Source: Endomicrobiales bacterium (GTDB lineage Bacteria; Elusimicrobiota; Endomicrobiia; Endomicrobiales; CAWCFT01). Taken from it: a DNA stretch of 64,000 nucleotides. This document shows positions 51,850 through 62,081 of the stretch, piece after piece (the first letter of the stretch is position 1; each line of letters opens with the position of its first letter). The DNA lies in contig CAWCFT010000001.1 of NCBI GenBank assembly GCA_963794945.1, positions 320,001-384,000 of the forward strand. Direction: 5' to 3'. The translations under genes and the position numbers were made by a program. The notes beneath the pieces are model-generated. The model did no database searches. It was given only the letters and a program-made list of their open reading frames with translations, and was not told the DNA's origin.

Positions 51850-52885
51850 ATGAAGATACAGTTAACTGAACTAACCAAACTAATTGAAGGCAGCCTTGAA
51901 GGAGACGGAGCGGTCGTTATAACCGGAGCCGCCGGACTTGAAGAAGCCGGGCCTGGAGATATAACGTTTCTGGGCAACCAAAAATATCTCCCGCTTGTTG
52001 CAAAGACAAAAGCTGCAGCTGTAATAGTCCCTGAAAATTACAAAGGCGATTCGAAGGCTGTTATAAGAGCAAAAAACCCGCAGCTTTTCTTTTGCCAAGG
52101 TGCTGGTGTTGATAGACAGGGATCGGCTGTCATCGCTTCAACCTGGTATAGATGCTAAGTCTTCTGTGTCAAAAAACGCTTCACTCGGAAGGTCCGTTCA
52201 CATCGGGCCTTTTGTTGTAATAGAGGAAGGAGCAGTTATCGGAGACAACACCGTAATTACTGCCAATTGCTACATAGGAAAGAATACCAAGATCGGTAGC
52301 GGTTCACTGTTATACGCGAACGTAAGTATACGCGAGAATATTACTATAGGCAGGAACGCCATAATCCATTCCGGAACAGTTATCGGGTCCGACGGCTTTG
52401 GTTTTGTCCCGCTAGGAACTATGAATTTCAAGATACCGCAGATCGGGGTCGTCATGATCGGCGACGATGTGGAGATCGGCGCGAACTGCGCTATTGATCG
52501 CGCGACCACTGGCGCCACGCGGATCGGCAACGGTACCAAGATCGACAACCTGGTACACATTGCTCACAACATACAGATAGGCGAGAACTGCTGCATCGCG
52601 GGTCAAACAGGTTTCGCTGGTTCCGCAAAGCTTGGCAACAACGTCATGATAGCCGGCCAGGCCGGTATTAACGGTCATATTACGGTAGGAAACGGCGTTG
52701 TTATTGGCGGGAAAGCTGTAGTTATAGGAGATGTACCTGACAATACAATGATATCAGGCTACCCAGCCAGGCCACACAGAGAGAATATGAAGATCCAGGC
52801 GCTTATAGGTAAACTGCCTGAGTTTTATGAAACCTTAAAGAACATAAAAAAGAAGCTGGAAGATAAATCTAATAACCAGGCATAG
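51850..52885 (+). CDS. lpxD: UDP-3-O-acyl-glucosamine N-acyltransferase (frameshift near 52090)
   Basis: GDITFL, hexapeptide repeats, [27 protein letters not shown]. Confidence 0.95.
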
Positions 52886-52937
52886 TGATTTAATTTTTTG
52901 CGGACTTAAAATACCAACCTTGGGAAACGAGAGGATA

Positions 52938-54311
52938 ATGAGCGAAAATCAGAGGACGATCGCACAGGCAGTTCATATCGAAGGCGTTGGGCTCCATACG
53001 GGAAACCTCAGCAAGATCACTTTCAAGCCGGCCCAAGAGAATACAGGCATCAGGTTCATACGGGTTGACCTTAAAGATAAACCCTGCATGACTGCCGGTT
53101 TTAACCATGTCATGGGCACGCCGGTCCGGGGGACCAGCATCGGAAACGAATCAGCCCCTGTCCACACTATAGAACACATAATGGCAACGTGCCTGGGCCT
53201 GGGCATTGATAATCTCGAAATAGATATAACCAACAATGAACCTCCCATACTGGACGGGAGCGCTAAAATTTTCGCTGAACTGCTTAACTCTGCCGGCATC
53301 AAGGAATTGAACGCCAAACGCACATACATGACACTTAAGGGGCCTGTGACCTACGAATCAGGTAAAACAAAGATCACGGCGGTCCCTGCTGACGACCTAA
53401 AGATAGAGTGCAGTATAGCATACGACCACCCGTACCTTCAAGACCAGAGCATGACTTTTGTCCTTTCCCGCGACGGTTTTCTTAATGAGATCGCGCCATC
53501 GAGGACTTTTTGTTTTGACTACGAGATCGAAGCGCTTAAAAACAACGGACTTGGCAAGGGTGGGGACTTCTCAAACGCTCTTGTAGTAGGCATTCACGGC
53601 ATAAGGAACCCTGACAACAAGCTGCGTTTCAGCGACGAGTTCGTGCGCCATAAACTTTTAGACTTTTTGGGAGACCTTTACCTGCTTCAAAAACCTCTCA
53701 AGGCTCATATAACCGCGGTAAGGTGTGGGCATAACCACAACATTAAATTTGTAAAAATGATAGCAGACTCGCTCGTGGAATACAGCTCAGAGAAATTTAG
53801 ACCGGAGGAAACCAAAATGCAAGAACAGCAGCCTATGGCCGGTAAGGTGTTCGACATCAACGCCATACAGAGAACAATACCTCACCGCTATCCATTCCTT
53901 ATGGTAGACAGGGTTGTTATCACGGAAGAAATGAAAAAAGCTGTCGGTTATAAGAACGTTAGCGGCAATGAGAACCATTTTCAGGGCCATTTTCCCGGAA
54001 ATCCTATTATGCCCGGAGTACTGATAGTCGAAGCCATGGCGCAGACGGCATGCGTTATGCTTCTTTCTCAACCTGCATTCAAGAATAAATACGCATACTT
54101 TTTAGCTATAGACGCCGTTAAGTTCAGAAAGCTGGTCATACCCGGTGATGTGCTCGAGCTCAGGATAGAAGCGCTGAGGCTTCGCGAGAGAGGCGGCAAA
54201 GTCAGAGGCGAAGCTTACGTCAATAATATCCTAGTCACAGAAGCCGAATTCATGTTTGCTATAGCAGACAAAGAGGTGTCCGATGATACATCAAACAGCG
54301 ATAGTAAGTAA
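52938..54311 (+). CDS. lpxC: Bifunctional LpxC-FabZ
   Basis: QRTI...[37 protein letters not shown], fused in frame to [10 protein letters not shown]...[20 protein letters not shown]. Confidence 0.93.
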   Translation: MSENQRTIAQAVHIEGVGLHTGNLSKITFKPAQENTGIRFIRVDLKDKPCMTAGFNHVMGTPVRGTSIGNESAPVHTIEHIMATCLGLGIDNLEIDITNNEPPILDGSAKIFAELLNSAGIKELNAKRTYMTLKGPVTYESGKTKITAVPADDLKIECSIAYDHPYLQDQSMTFVLSRDGFLNEIAPSRTFCFDYEIEALKNNGLGKGGDFSNALVVGIHGIRNPDNKLRFSDEFVRHKLLDFLGDLYLLQKPLKAHITAVRCGHNHNIKFVKMIADSLVEYSSEKFRPEETKMQEQQPMAGKVFDINAIQRTIPHRYPFLMVDRVVITEEMKKAVGYKNVSGNENHFQGHFPGNPIMPGVLIVEAMAQTACVMLLSQPAFKNKYAYFLAIDAVKFRKLVIPGDVLELRIEALRLRERGGKVRGEAYVNNILVTEAEFMFAIADKEVSDDTSNSDSK

Positions 54312-55075
54312 AAAGGCTGAAATTGCCACTGAAGTTGAAATCGGCCCATACGCAATAATAAATGACGGCGCTAAAATAGCCAAAGGTTCCAAGATCGGAG
54401 CGTATACGATAGTCGAGGATGCCGAGATCGGAGAAAATTGCACGATATTTAGCCACTGTTCCATTGGCCTTGCGCCGCAAGATCTCAAATATAACAACGA
54501 ACCAACGAAACTTATAATGGGTTCTAACAATACCGTGCGTGAATTCGCCACGCTTAACAGAGGCACTGCCGCCTCTGGCAAGACGGTTATAGGCTCTAAT
54601 AACCTTTTCATGGCGTACGCACACGTTGCGCACGACTGCATAGTCGGCAACGGTATAGTGATAGCTAATTCAGTCGGACTAGCAGGGCACGCTGAGGTAG
54701 GGGACTACGCGGTAATAGGCGGCTGACGCAGCCGTGCACCAGTACAACCGCGTAGGTAAGATGGCCATGATAGGCGGAGGTTCTATGGTCACCCTTGATG
54801 TTATGCCTTTTGCCCAGGCACAGGGCGACAGGGCCAGGCTGGTTGGGCTTAACCTGGTCGGCCTTAAAAGAAGGAACATCCCGAAAGAATCCATAGAAGA
54901 GATAAGGCTCGCATATAGAACGCTATTTTTATCCGGCCTGCCGATGGAAGATGCCCTGGACCAGCTCGAAGCGTCATCGCCAGGACAGGAAGTCCGCGAG
55001 ATTATTGAGTTTATCCACTCGTCAAAGAGGGGCATAGCCCGCTCCGGCAGAAAAGATGAACAGGAAGAGATATAA
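54283..55075 (+). CDS. lpxA: UDP-N-acetylglucosamine O-acyltransferase (frameshift near 54723)
   Basis: [41 protein letters not shown]. Confidence 0.95.
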
Positions 55076-55078
55076 CTG

Positions 55079-55891
55079 ATGGCCAACAAGATCGGTTTGA
55101 TAGCCGGCAACGGACGCTTTCCTTTTCTTGTCGCTGACGAGATAAAGAAAAACGGCGAGGAAACCATAGTAATCGGCCTTAACGAAGAGACCGATCGTGA
55201 GATTGAGGCCCACGCTGGAAAAATATTCTGGTTGCCGCTCGGCCAGTTCCAGAAGATCATCGATATTTTCAGATCGGAGAACGTTACTACGGCCATCATG
55301 GCAGGGCAGGTAAAACACTCACAGCTTTTTGCGAACCTGAAACTTGACTGGCGCGCGATAAAACTGCTTGGCAGGATAGTAAATAAAAAGACCGACACGA
55401 TCCTCGGCGCTGTTTGCGACGAATTCCAGAAAGAAGGCATTAAGCTTCTGCCGTCTCACATGTACCTAAAACACCTTATGCCAAAACCCGGCCTATTATG
55501 CGGCACTAAACTGTCGGGTAAGGAAAAGGATGACGTAGAGTTCGGTTACAGGCTGGCAAAGCAGATAGCAGGCCTTGATATAGGGCAAACTATAGTCGTA
55601 AAAGATAAGGCCGTAGTAGCAGTAGAGTCTATTGAAGGCACTGACGAGTGCATAAAAAGAGCCTCCAAGTACGCGGGAGAAGGCGTTGTCGTAGTAAAGG
55701 TGTCAAAACCAAACCAGGATTTCCGCTTCGATATACCCGTGATAGGGACGAGAACGGTCAAGGTTCTTAGTGACAACAAAGTAAGAGTTATGGCGATAGA
55801 AGCGGAAAGCACGCTCATGATAGATAAAGAGAACCTGCTTCGTGAAGCAAACGAGCACAACGTAACGATACTCGCCATGAAGCAGTCCTGA
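55079..55891 (+). CDS. lpxI: UDP-2,3-diacylglucosamine pyrophosphatase LpxI
   Basis: IGLIAGNGRFP, MAGQV, DIGQTIVV, AVESIEGTD, KPNQDFRFDIPVIG. Confidence 0.92.
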   Translation: MANKIGLIAGNGRFPFLVADEIKKNGEETIVIGLNEETDREIEAHAGKIFWLPLGQFQKIIDIFRSENVTTAIMAGQVKHSQLFANLKLDWRAIKLLGRIVNKKTDTILGAVCDEFQKEGIKLLPSHMYLKHLMPKPGLLCGTKLSGKEKDDVEFGYRLAKQIAGLDIGQTIVVKDKAVVAVESIEGTDECIKRASKYAGEGVVVVKVSKPNQDFRFDIPVIGTRTVKVLSDNKVRVMAIEAESTLMIDKENLLREANEHNVTILAMKQS

Positions 55892-55941
55892 TATCATAAA
55901 CGCAGCATTAAAGACAGTTTTGTTATAAGGGAGCAATTTAA

Positions 55942-57042
55942 ATGATACCATTAGTCCATCCGATCTTCGGACAGAATGAAAAGAAAGTACTTGGCGAGAT
56001 CATCGATTCAATGATGCTCGCGAGCGGGAAATACGTAGAGAAATTCGAGAACATATCTGCCGGGCTTTTCGGCGCCAAACACGCTGTAGCCGTAGCCAAC
56101 GGCACCGCGGCGCTGCACGCTGCCCTGCTTGCGTGCGGAATTAAGCCCGGCGATAAGGTGCTTACCACACCCTTCAGCTTCATAGCCACGGCTAACGCGA
56201 TCTTGTATTGCGGCGCCAAACCTGTCTTTGCCGATATTGACCCTAAAACTTTCAATCTCTCTCCCGCAGAAACAGAAAAAGCCCTCAAACACGACAAGGG
56301 AATAAAAGCAGTTATAATCGTCCACCTTTACGGCCAGCCCTGCGACATGGAAGCTTTCATGAAGCTAAAAAAGAAATACAAGTTCATCCTGATCGAAGAC
56401 TGCGCGCAGGCCCACGGCGCAAGGTTCAAAAGCAAGGTTGTAGGAAGCTACGGCGACGCTTCCGCCTTCTCTTTCTACGCCACAAAGAACGTAACTACGG
56501 GCGAGGGCGGCCTGATACTTACGAGCAACCCGAAAATTGACGGGCTCGCGAGGCAGATTATCAATCACGGAAGGGACGGGCATTCCAACCACACAATCCT
56601 GGGATATAACTTCAGGCTGACCAACCTAGCCGCGGCTATAGGGATAGAGCAGCTCAAATCCCTGGACGATTGGAGCAGGACCCGCAGGGAGAACGCGGCT
56701 TATCTTTCATCACATTTGTCGGACATCAAATTCATCAAAACCCCGTACACACCTAAGGATACTACGCCAGTGTTCCACCAGTACACGATCAGGGTGCGTA
56801 AGGACCTTAGAGAGAACCTTATAGACCACCTGAAGGGCCGCGGGATAGGGTACGGTATCTATTACCCTTACACAATCTATCAGCAGCCGCTCTACCAGAA
56901 GATGGGGTTCAAGCAGGGGATATGCCCTGAAGCGGAAAAGGCTGCAAGCGAGGTTCTGTCGCTGCCGGTCCATCCGGCTTTAAAAAGGCCTGAGCTTGAT
57001 GCTGTCGTTAACGCAGTAAGGGAATTCTTTTCGAAAATATGA
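55942..57042 (+). CDS. DegT/DnrJ-family PLP aminotransferase, GnnB-like
   Basis: NGTAALH, FSFIATAN, VHLYGQ, EDCAQAHG, SFYATKNVTTGEGG, GYNFRL; located inside the lpx operon. Confidence 0.9.
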   Translation: MIPLVHPIFGQNEKKVLGEIIDSMMLASGKYVEKFENISAGLFGAKHAVAVANGTAALHAALLACGIKPGDKVLTTPFSFIATANAILYCGAKPVFADIDPKTFNLSPAETEKALKHDKGIKAVIIVHLYGQPCDMEAFMKLKKKYKFILIEDCAQAHGARFKSKVVGSYGDASAFSFYATKNVTTGEGGLILTSNPKIDGLARQIINHGRDGHSNHTILGYNFRLTNLAAAIGIEQLKSLDDWSRTRRENAAYLSSHLSDIKFIKTPYTPKDTTPVFHQYTIRVRKDLRENLIDHLKGRGIGYGIYYPYTIYQQPLYQKMGFKQGICPEAEKAASEVLSLPVHPALKRPELDAVVNAVREFFSKI

Positions 57043-57972
57043 GAAAGATAAGTACAGCTGTCATAGGCGTAGGCTCCCTGGGCCAGCACCACGCTAGAAT
57101 TCTGGCAACGCACGAGCGATCCTCGCTTAAAGCCGTTGTTGACTCAGAACTTAAAGCGCGTTGACAAAATAGCGTCTCTCTACAATACAAACCCGTTTGA
57201 AGACCACTCTAAGCTTCCGGGGCTTGTGGAAGCTGCAGTTATATCTGTGCCAACGCCTTTTCACCACGCGATCGCTAAAGACCTCCTTAACAGCGGCATT
57301 CACTGCCTCGTCGAAAAACCGTTCACTTCGACAGTCGAAGAAGCTCAGGAACTGATATCCATAGCCCGGGACAAAGATCTTGTCCTTCAGGTAGGCCATA
57401 TTGAGCGTTTTAACCCTGCTGTTGTAGCGGCAAGGCCTTTCATAAAAAACCCGAAATTCATTGAAGTAAACAGGCTTGGGCCGTATGACCCAAGGACCAG
57501 CCACATCGGCGTTGTGCTGGACCTTATGATCCATGACCTGGATATTCTGCTAGATCTCGTGCAGGACAAAGTGGTTGGGCTTGAATCTTTCGGTGCGAAG
57601 ATATTGTCCCAACACGAGGACATCGTAAAAGCGAGGCTTAAATTCTCTAAAGGCTGCGTAGCAGATGTTTCAGCCAGCAGGATATCGCTTGAAAGATACC
57701 GAAAAATAAGAATATTCCAGGATGACAGCTACATATCGGTAGACTACGCCGGCAAAAGCCTCAAGATATACAAAAAGAAAACAGAGACTGTAAAAAGCCT
57801 TACTGATATTGAGGTCATTAAACCAAAACTCAAGGACGCGGAACCTCTGTTCTTTGAGCTCAGCCATTTCCTTGCCTGTGTTGCGGAAGGGAAAAGGCCG
57901 CTTGTCACGGGTGAACACGGCAGGGACGCGCTGGAACTTGCTTTTGAAATATTGAAAAGCATGAAGCTGTAA
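57039..57972 (+). CDS. Gfo/Idh/MocA oxidoreductase, GnnA-like (frameshift near 57150)
   Basis: MRKISTAVIGVGSLGQHHARIL joined to VEKP, QVGHIERFNPA and VVLDLMIHDLD. Confidence 0.9.
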
Positions 57973-57980
57973 GCCTCATA

Positions 57981-58099
57981 TCAAATATCAAAAATTAAAT
58001 GTTAAAATTAAGGTGTCGCCTTTGGCGACATAATGAATTTGTTCGCCTATGCTTTAACGGCGAACTCCATAATTTTGATTTTTGATATTTGATTTTTGA
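57981..58099. repeat. Intergenic heptamer hairpin, family A, with nested TGTCGCC-TTT-GGCGACA
   Basis: tcaaata-tcaaaaa-ttaaatg-ttaaaat ... attttga-tttttga-tatttga-tttttga. Palindrome at 58014-58030; second stem gttcgcc/ggcgaac. Confidence 0.85.
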
Positions 58100-58110
58100 A
58101 TTTCATTATT

Positions 58111-59178
58111 ATGAACATATTAATAAGCGCAGGCGACCCTTCAGGCGACATACACGCCGCAAATCTGGTAAAGGCTTTAAAGAAGGCTGACCGGAATGTG
58201 TCAATAACAGCGTTAGGCGGGCAGCAACTTAGCCATGTAAGTGATAAGTTCGTTTACAATTTGGTAAATCTCGGCGGTTTCGGTTTCTGGCAGCCGGTAA
58301 ACCTCTACTTTAAGCTTAAGAAAGTGTTGGTTGATATTGTAATAAGATTTTATTCCGAGCATAAACCTGACAAGGTCATAGTTGTAGATTATTACGGGTT
58401 TAATATACATGTGGCTAGAGAAGCTTTTAAACGGGGAATACCAGTATATTATTATATTAGCCCTCAGGTGTGGGCGTCAAGGCCTGGAAGGATCCGCAAA
58501 ATAGCAAAGTACGTTAAAAAGATGTTGGTCATACTTCCTTTTGAAGAAGAGTTATACAAGAAATCAGGTGTGGATACCGTATTCGTTGGGCATCCTTTGA
58601 TTGACGCTGTCATGGCGCCTCCGGAAATTGTAGAAACGGTAAACAACAAGATAACTATCGGCCTTTTCCCCGGCAGCAGGCCTAACGTATTCAAGCGCCA
58701 TATTGGCCTTTTAATGGAAACTGCTGAAAAAATTAAGGCTTCTATTGCCGCAGATTTTAAAATATTTTGCGTCCCGGAGCTTGCCAAAAACTGTTCAGGG
58801 CTGCCGTATCCCGTAGTAGTTGAGGACAGCTATTCCGAAAGGAAAGACATAACGCTTGCTATAACGACATCAGGCACTGTGAGCCTCGAGAACGCTTTAC
58901 TTGGCATACCGATGATAGTCTATTACAAGCTGTCAAAATTTAACTACTTTATAGCTAAAATGCTGGTTAAAATACCTTATATAACAATGGTAAACATACT
59001 GCTTAACAGGATGCTTGTCCCCGAGTTTATACAGGATGACGCAACTGGGGAAACGATATCGCAAAAAGCCTTGTCTTTGCTGAAAGACAGCGCTTCTCTT
59101 AAGTCATACAGAAATGAGCTTCTCGCTCTCCGGAAAGTACTTGGAGAAAATGGCGTCAGCGACCGCGCGCGGCTATAA
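58111..59178 (+). CDS. lpxB: Lipid-A-disaccharide synthase
   Basis: ISAGDPSGD, VDYYGFN, YYISPQVWASR, LPFE, FVGHPL, FPGSR, SGTVSLE. Confidence 0.95.
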   Translation: MNILISAGDPSGDIHAANLVKALKKADRNVSITALGGQQLSHVSDKFVYNLVNLGGFGFWQPVNLYFKLKKVLVDIVIRFYSEHKPDKVIVVDYYGFNIHVAREAFKRGIPVYYYISPQVWASRPGRIRKIAKYVKKMLVILPFEEELYKKSGVDTVFVGHPLIDAVMAPPEIVETVNNKITIGLFPGSRPNVFKRHIGLLMETAEKIKASIAADFKIFCVPELAKNCSGLPYPVVVEDSYSERKDITLAITTSGTVSLENALLGIPMIVYYKLSKFNYFIAKMLVKIPYITMVNILLNRMLVPEFIQDDATGETISQKALSLLKDSASLKSYRNELLALRKVLGENGVSDRARL

Positions 59179-59194
59179 TTCTAAAATAATTACT

Positions 59195-59268
59195 AATTGA
59201 AAATTAGAAGATTTAAGATTAACGCCTTTAATCTTCGAAATCTTAAATTTTAAATCTTGAATTAATCT
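59195..59268. repeat. Intergenic heptamer-like hairpin, family B
   Basis: aattgaaaattagaagatttaagatt ... cctttaatcttcgaaatcttaaattttaaatctt; the right arm closely resembles 8236-8270. Confidence 0.75.
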
Positions 59269-59270
59269 TT

Positions 59271-60986
59271 ATGATCTACAAAAGACTGCTCAGTTACCTC
59301 AAACCCCATATGAAGCGCTTTTACGTTGCCATGGCCTGCATGGCGGTGTTCTCGGCTCTTACGGGCGCCACGATGTGGATAGTCAAGAATATTTTCGACA
59401 AGATATTCATAGCCCGCGACGTACACATGCTTTACATCATTACCTGCCTTATCCCTTTTTTCTTTATGATAAAAGGTCTCGCAGGATACGGGCAGAATTA
59501 CCTGCTTTCTTACATCGCCCAGCAGGTAGTGCTTAAGCTCCGCAACGAACTCTACGAAAAACTCATATCGCTTTCCCACGATTTTTACGCTAAAAACTCT
59601 ACGGCCCGCCTTATGGCGCGGGTCACCAACGACGTAAGCGCGCTTCAAAACGCGCTATTCCGGGTTCCGCCTAGCATTATACGGGACGGCCTCACCGTGA
59701 TAGTCATGGTGGTGATACTTTTTTACCTGCACTGGAAATTCGCCCTGATATCCCTGATAATATTCCCGATAGCGGCAGTACCGCTCGCGCAGTTCTCTAA
59801 CAAAATGAGGCAGGCATCTCGCGAGGGGCAGAAACAGATGGGCGAGATATATGCTTCTCTGCAGGAAACACTTTCCGGCATAAGCATCATCAAAGCTTAC
59901 ATGCAGGAAAAATCGGAGATCAAACGATTTGAGGCCGAGAACGATAAATTCTATTTTACCCAGCAGAAGTTCATACGTGTAGACGCGCGATCGAGCCCCA
60001 TAATGGAGTTCATCGGTTCTCTCGCGGTGGCTTTCGTTCTATGGTACGGCGGAAAGGACGTCATCAACGGGGTTTGGACGTCAGGCTCATTCGTGACCTT
60101 CCTTACGGCCGCGTTCTCGCTTTACCAGCCCCTTAAGAACTTCTCACAGACTAACTCGCTTATACAGCTCGCATATGCGGGTACCGAGAGGATATTCGAG
60201 ATACTGGACGAGAAGCCAACCATAACTGACCGCGAGTCTCCCAGAGAGCTCGCGAGCTTTAACTCCAGTATAGAGTTCCGTAACATATCGTTCCACTATC
60301 CTGAGAAAAAGAACATTCTTGCGAATATCAATCTGTCTATAAAGAAGGGTGAAATAATAGCAGTTGTCGGCCCTTCGGGCTCAGGAAAGACAACCCTTTC
60401 TAACTTACTGTTAAGGTTCTACGACCCGCAGGACGGCGGGGTATTCATTGACGGCACAGATATAAGGGAATATTCGCTTACCAGCATGCGTTCGCACATA
60501 GGCATAGTCCCGCAGGAAACAGTGCTCTTCAACGAGACTATCCGCTTCAATATCCTTTACGGCAGGAAAGACGCGTCCGAAGAAGAGCTGATAGCTGCCG
60601 CCAAAGCCGCGAACGCTTACCAGTTCATAAGCAGAATGCCGAAAGGGTTCGACACGATCATAGGCGAGCGCGGAGTCAGGATATCCGGCGGCGAACGCCA
60701 GCGGCTCGCTATCGCCCGCGCGATACTCAAGAACCCGCCCATACTTATGCTGGATGAGGCGACATCTTCTCTTGACGCGGAATCCGAGAAACTTGTTCAG
60801 GAAGCCATAGAGAACCTTATGGTCAACCGCACGGTGGTCATGATAGCCCACAGGCTCGCAACGGTCAAAAAGGCGGACAGGATAATAGTGCTGGACAAAG
60901 GTGTTATTGTGGAACAGGGAACGCATGAAAAGCTCTTGTCGGAAGAAGGCATATACAGCAGGCTGCATAATCTCCAACTCTTGTAA
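59271..60986 (+). CDS. msbA: Lipid A flippase MsbA-type ABC transporter
   Basis: 6-TM domain plus GPSGSGKT, ISGGERQR, LDEATSSLD, AHRL; follows lpxB. Confidence 0.88.
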   Translation: MIYKRLLSYLKPHMKRFYVAMACMAVFSALTGATMWIVKNIFDKIFIARDVHMLYIITCLIPFFFMIKGLAGYGQNYLLSYIAQQVVLKLRNELYEKLISLSHDFYAKNSTARLMARVTNDVSALQNALFRVPPSIIRDGLTVIVMVVILFYLHWKFALISLIIFPIAAVPLAQFSNKMRQASREGQKQMGEIYASLQETLSGISIIKAYMQEKSEIKRFEAENDKFYFTQQKFIRVDARSSPIMEFIGSLAVAFVLWYGGKDVINGVWTSGSFVTFLTAAFSLYQPLKNFSQTNSLIQLAYAGTERIFEILDEKPTITDRESPRELASFNSSIEFRNISFHYPEKKNILANINLSIKKGEIIAVVGPSGSGKTTLSNLLLRFYDPQDGGVFIDGTDIREYSLTSMRSHIGIVPQETVLFNETIRFNILYGRKDASEEELIAAAKAANAYQFISRMPKGFDTIIGERGVRISGGERQRLAIARAILKNPPILMLDEATSSLDAESEKLVQEAIENLMVNRTVVMIAHRLATVKKADRIIVLDKGVIVEQGTHEKLLSEEGIYSRLHNLQLL

Positions 60987-60998
60987 GGAAAGGCCTAA

Positions 60999-61988
60999 AT
61001 GAAATCAATATTTCTATCAGCGGCAATTTTAATTTTGCTTATGCTTAACGGCAGGCTGTACGCGGCCGACCCGGCGCCTACGCGCTACAACGCTTATGAC
61101 GGTTTTTCGCCTGGAGCGCGCGCTATCGGCATGGGCGGCGCGTTCTGCGCGTTAAGTGACGATGCTTCGGCAATTTATTACAATCCGGCAGGGCTGGCGG
61201 AAATATCCGGCAGTTCAGTTTTCGTTACCTATGAGCCCGCTAGACAGAGCGACCTTACACCTGACCAGATATTTTCTCAGGAGCCTTTAAATAACGGCGG
61301 TATCGAGCAGGTGGCATTTGTTACTTCAAAAGGCGCTGTTCAGTGGAGGCCTCTATCAAATTCAACGGTGCTGGTACAGAACGGAAATGACTGGGAGAGC
61401 GACCAGGTAAAGATAAACGCTTACACAGTATCCGCGGCTGACAAGGAAAACTCCGGAATTACCACCGGCATCAATTTAAGCTATTTAAGCGGCCTTATCG
61501 CGCAGTCAAAACTTACCGCCGGCGTCCCGTTCACGGGGCTCTCTAGCGGTTACGGTTTTTCTATGGACCTGGGGTTTCTTTATAGCGTTTCGAAACAGGT
61601 CAATATCGGGCTTAATTTAAGGAATCTCGCCGGATACATGTGGTGGGAGAACTTCGAAAAGGACCAATTGCCGTTCACTGCCGCTGCTGGGTTCGACTTT
61701 CATATACAGAACTCCACCCATTTTTCCATGGAATGGGAGAACAGGTATTACAGGCAGGTTTCCGAGCAGGACTTTACGCGTATAGGGCTTGAGCAAATGC
61801 TTGGCTCTATTGTGGCGCTTCGCGCCGGCATATCCGGCACGGATCTCAACGACAAACAAAACACTACTTTTTCAGCCGGGCTGGGTTTTACTACAAGCGG
61901 CATAGGCGTGTCGATTACGGCTGAAGATTACAAACTGAACCTTGAGGATGTCTACCGTTACATCATAAGCGCCAACTTCGCTATCTAA
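60999..61988 (+). CDS. PorV/UPF0164-like outer-membrane beta-barrel protein
   Basis: Signal peptide, GARAIGMGGAFCALSDDASAIYYNPAGLA, beta-strand pattern. Confidence 0.75.
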   Translation: MKSIFLSAAILILLMLNGRLYAADPAPTRYNAYDGFSPGARAIGMGGAFCALSDDASAIYYNPAGLAEISGSSVFVTYEPARQSDLTPDQIFSQEPLNNGGIEQVAFVTSKGAVQWRPLSNSTVLVQNGNDWESDQVKINAYTVSAADKENSGITTGINLSYLSGLIAQSKLTAGVPFTGLSSGYGFSMDLGFLYSVSKQVNIGLNLRNLAGYMWWENFEKDQLPFTAAAGFDFHIQNSTHFSMEWENRYYRQVSEQDFTRIGLEQMLGSIVALRAGISGTDLNDKQNTTFSAGLGFTTSGIGVSITAEDYKLNLEDVYRYIISANFAI

Positions 61989-62081
61989 TGACATAGTTCT
62001 CCAAATTGATATTGTTGAAAAAGTGTTTTAATGTTGTCTTTGCGGGGATTTCCGATCTCGCGGGACGACGCGTATGAGCTA

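Noticed and set aside
52938..54311. LpxC-FabZ fusion as a novelty
   Set aside because: The fusion is real but well known, for example in Bacteroidota and Chlorobi.
2147..59189. About 20 frameshifts (leuS x2, KS1, ogt, secA, ANTAR, lnt x2, prfB GGQ, clpC x2, tamB x3, lpxD, lpxA, gnnA, HEAT) read as pseudogenes or programmed recoding
   Set aside because: They hit essential genes, appear to be single-base indels mostly in short runs or GC repeats, and show no other decay or shared recoding signal. This fits sequencing or assembly error; read mapping would confirm.
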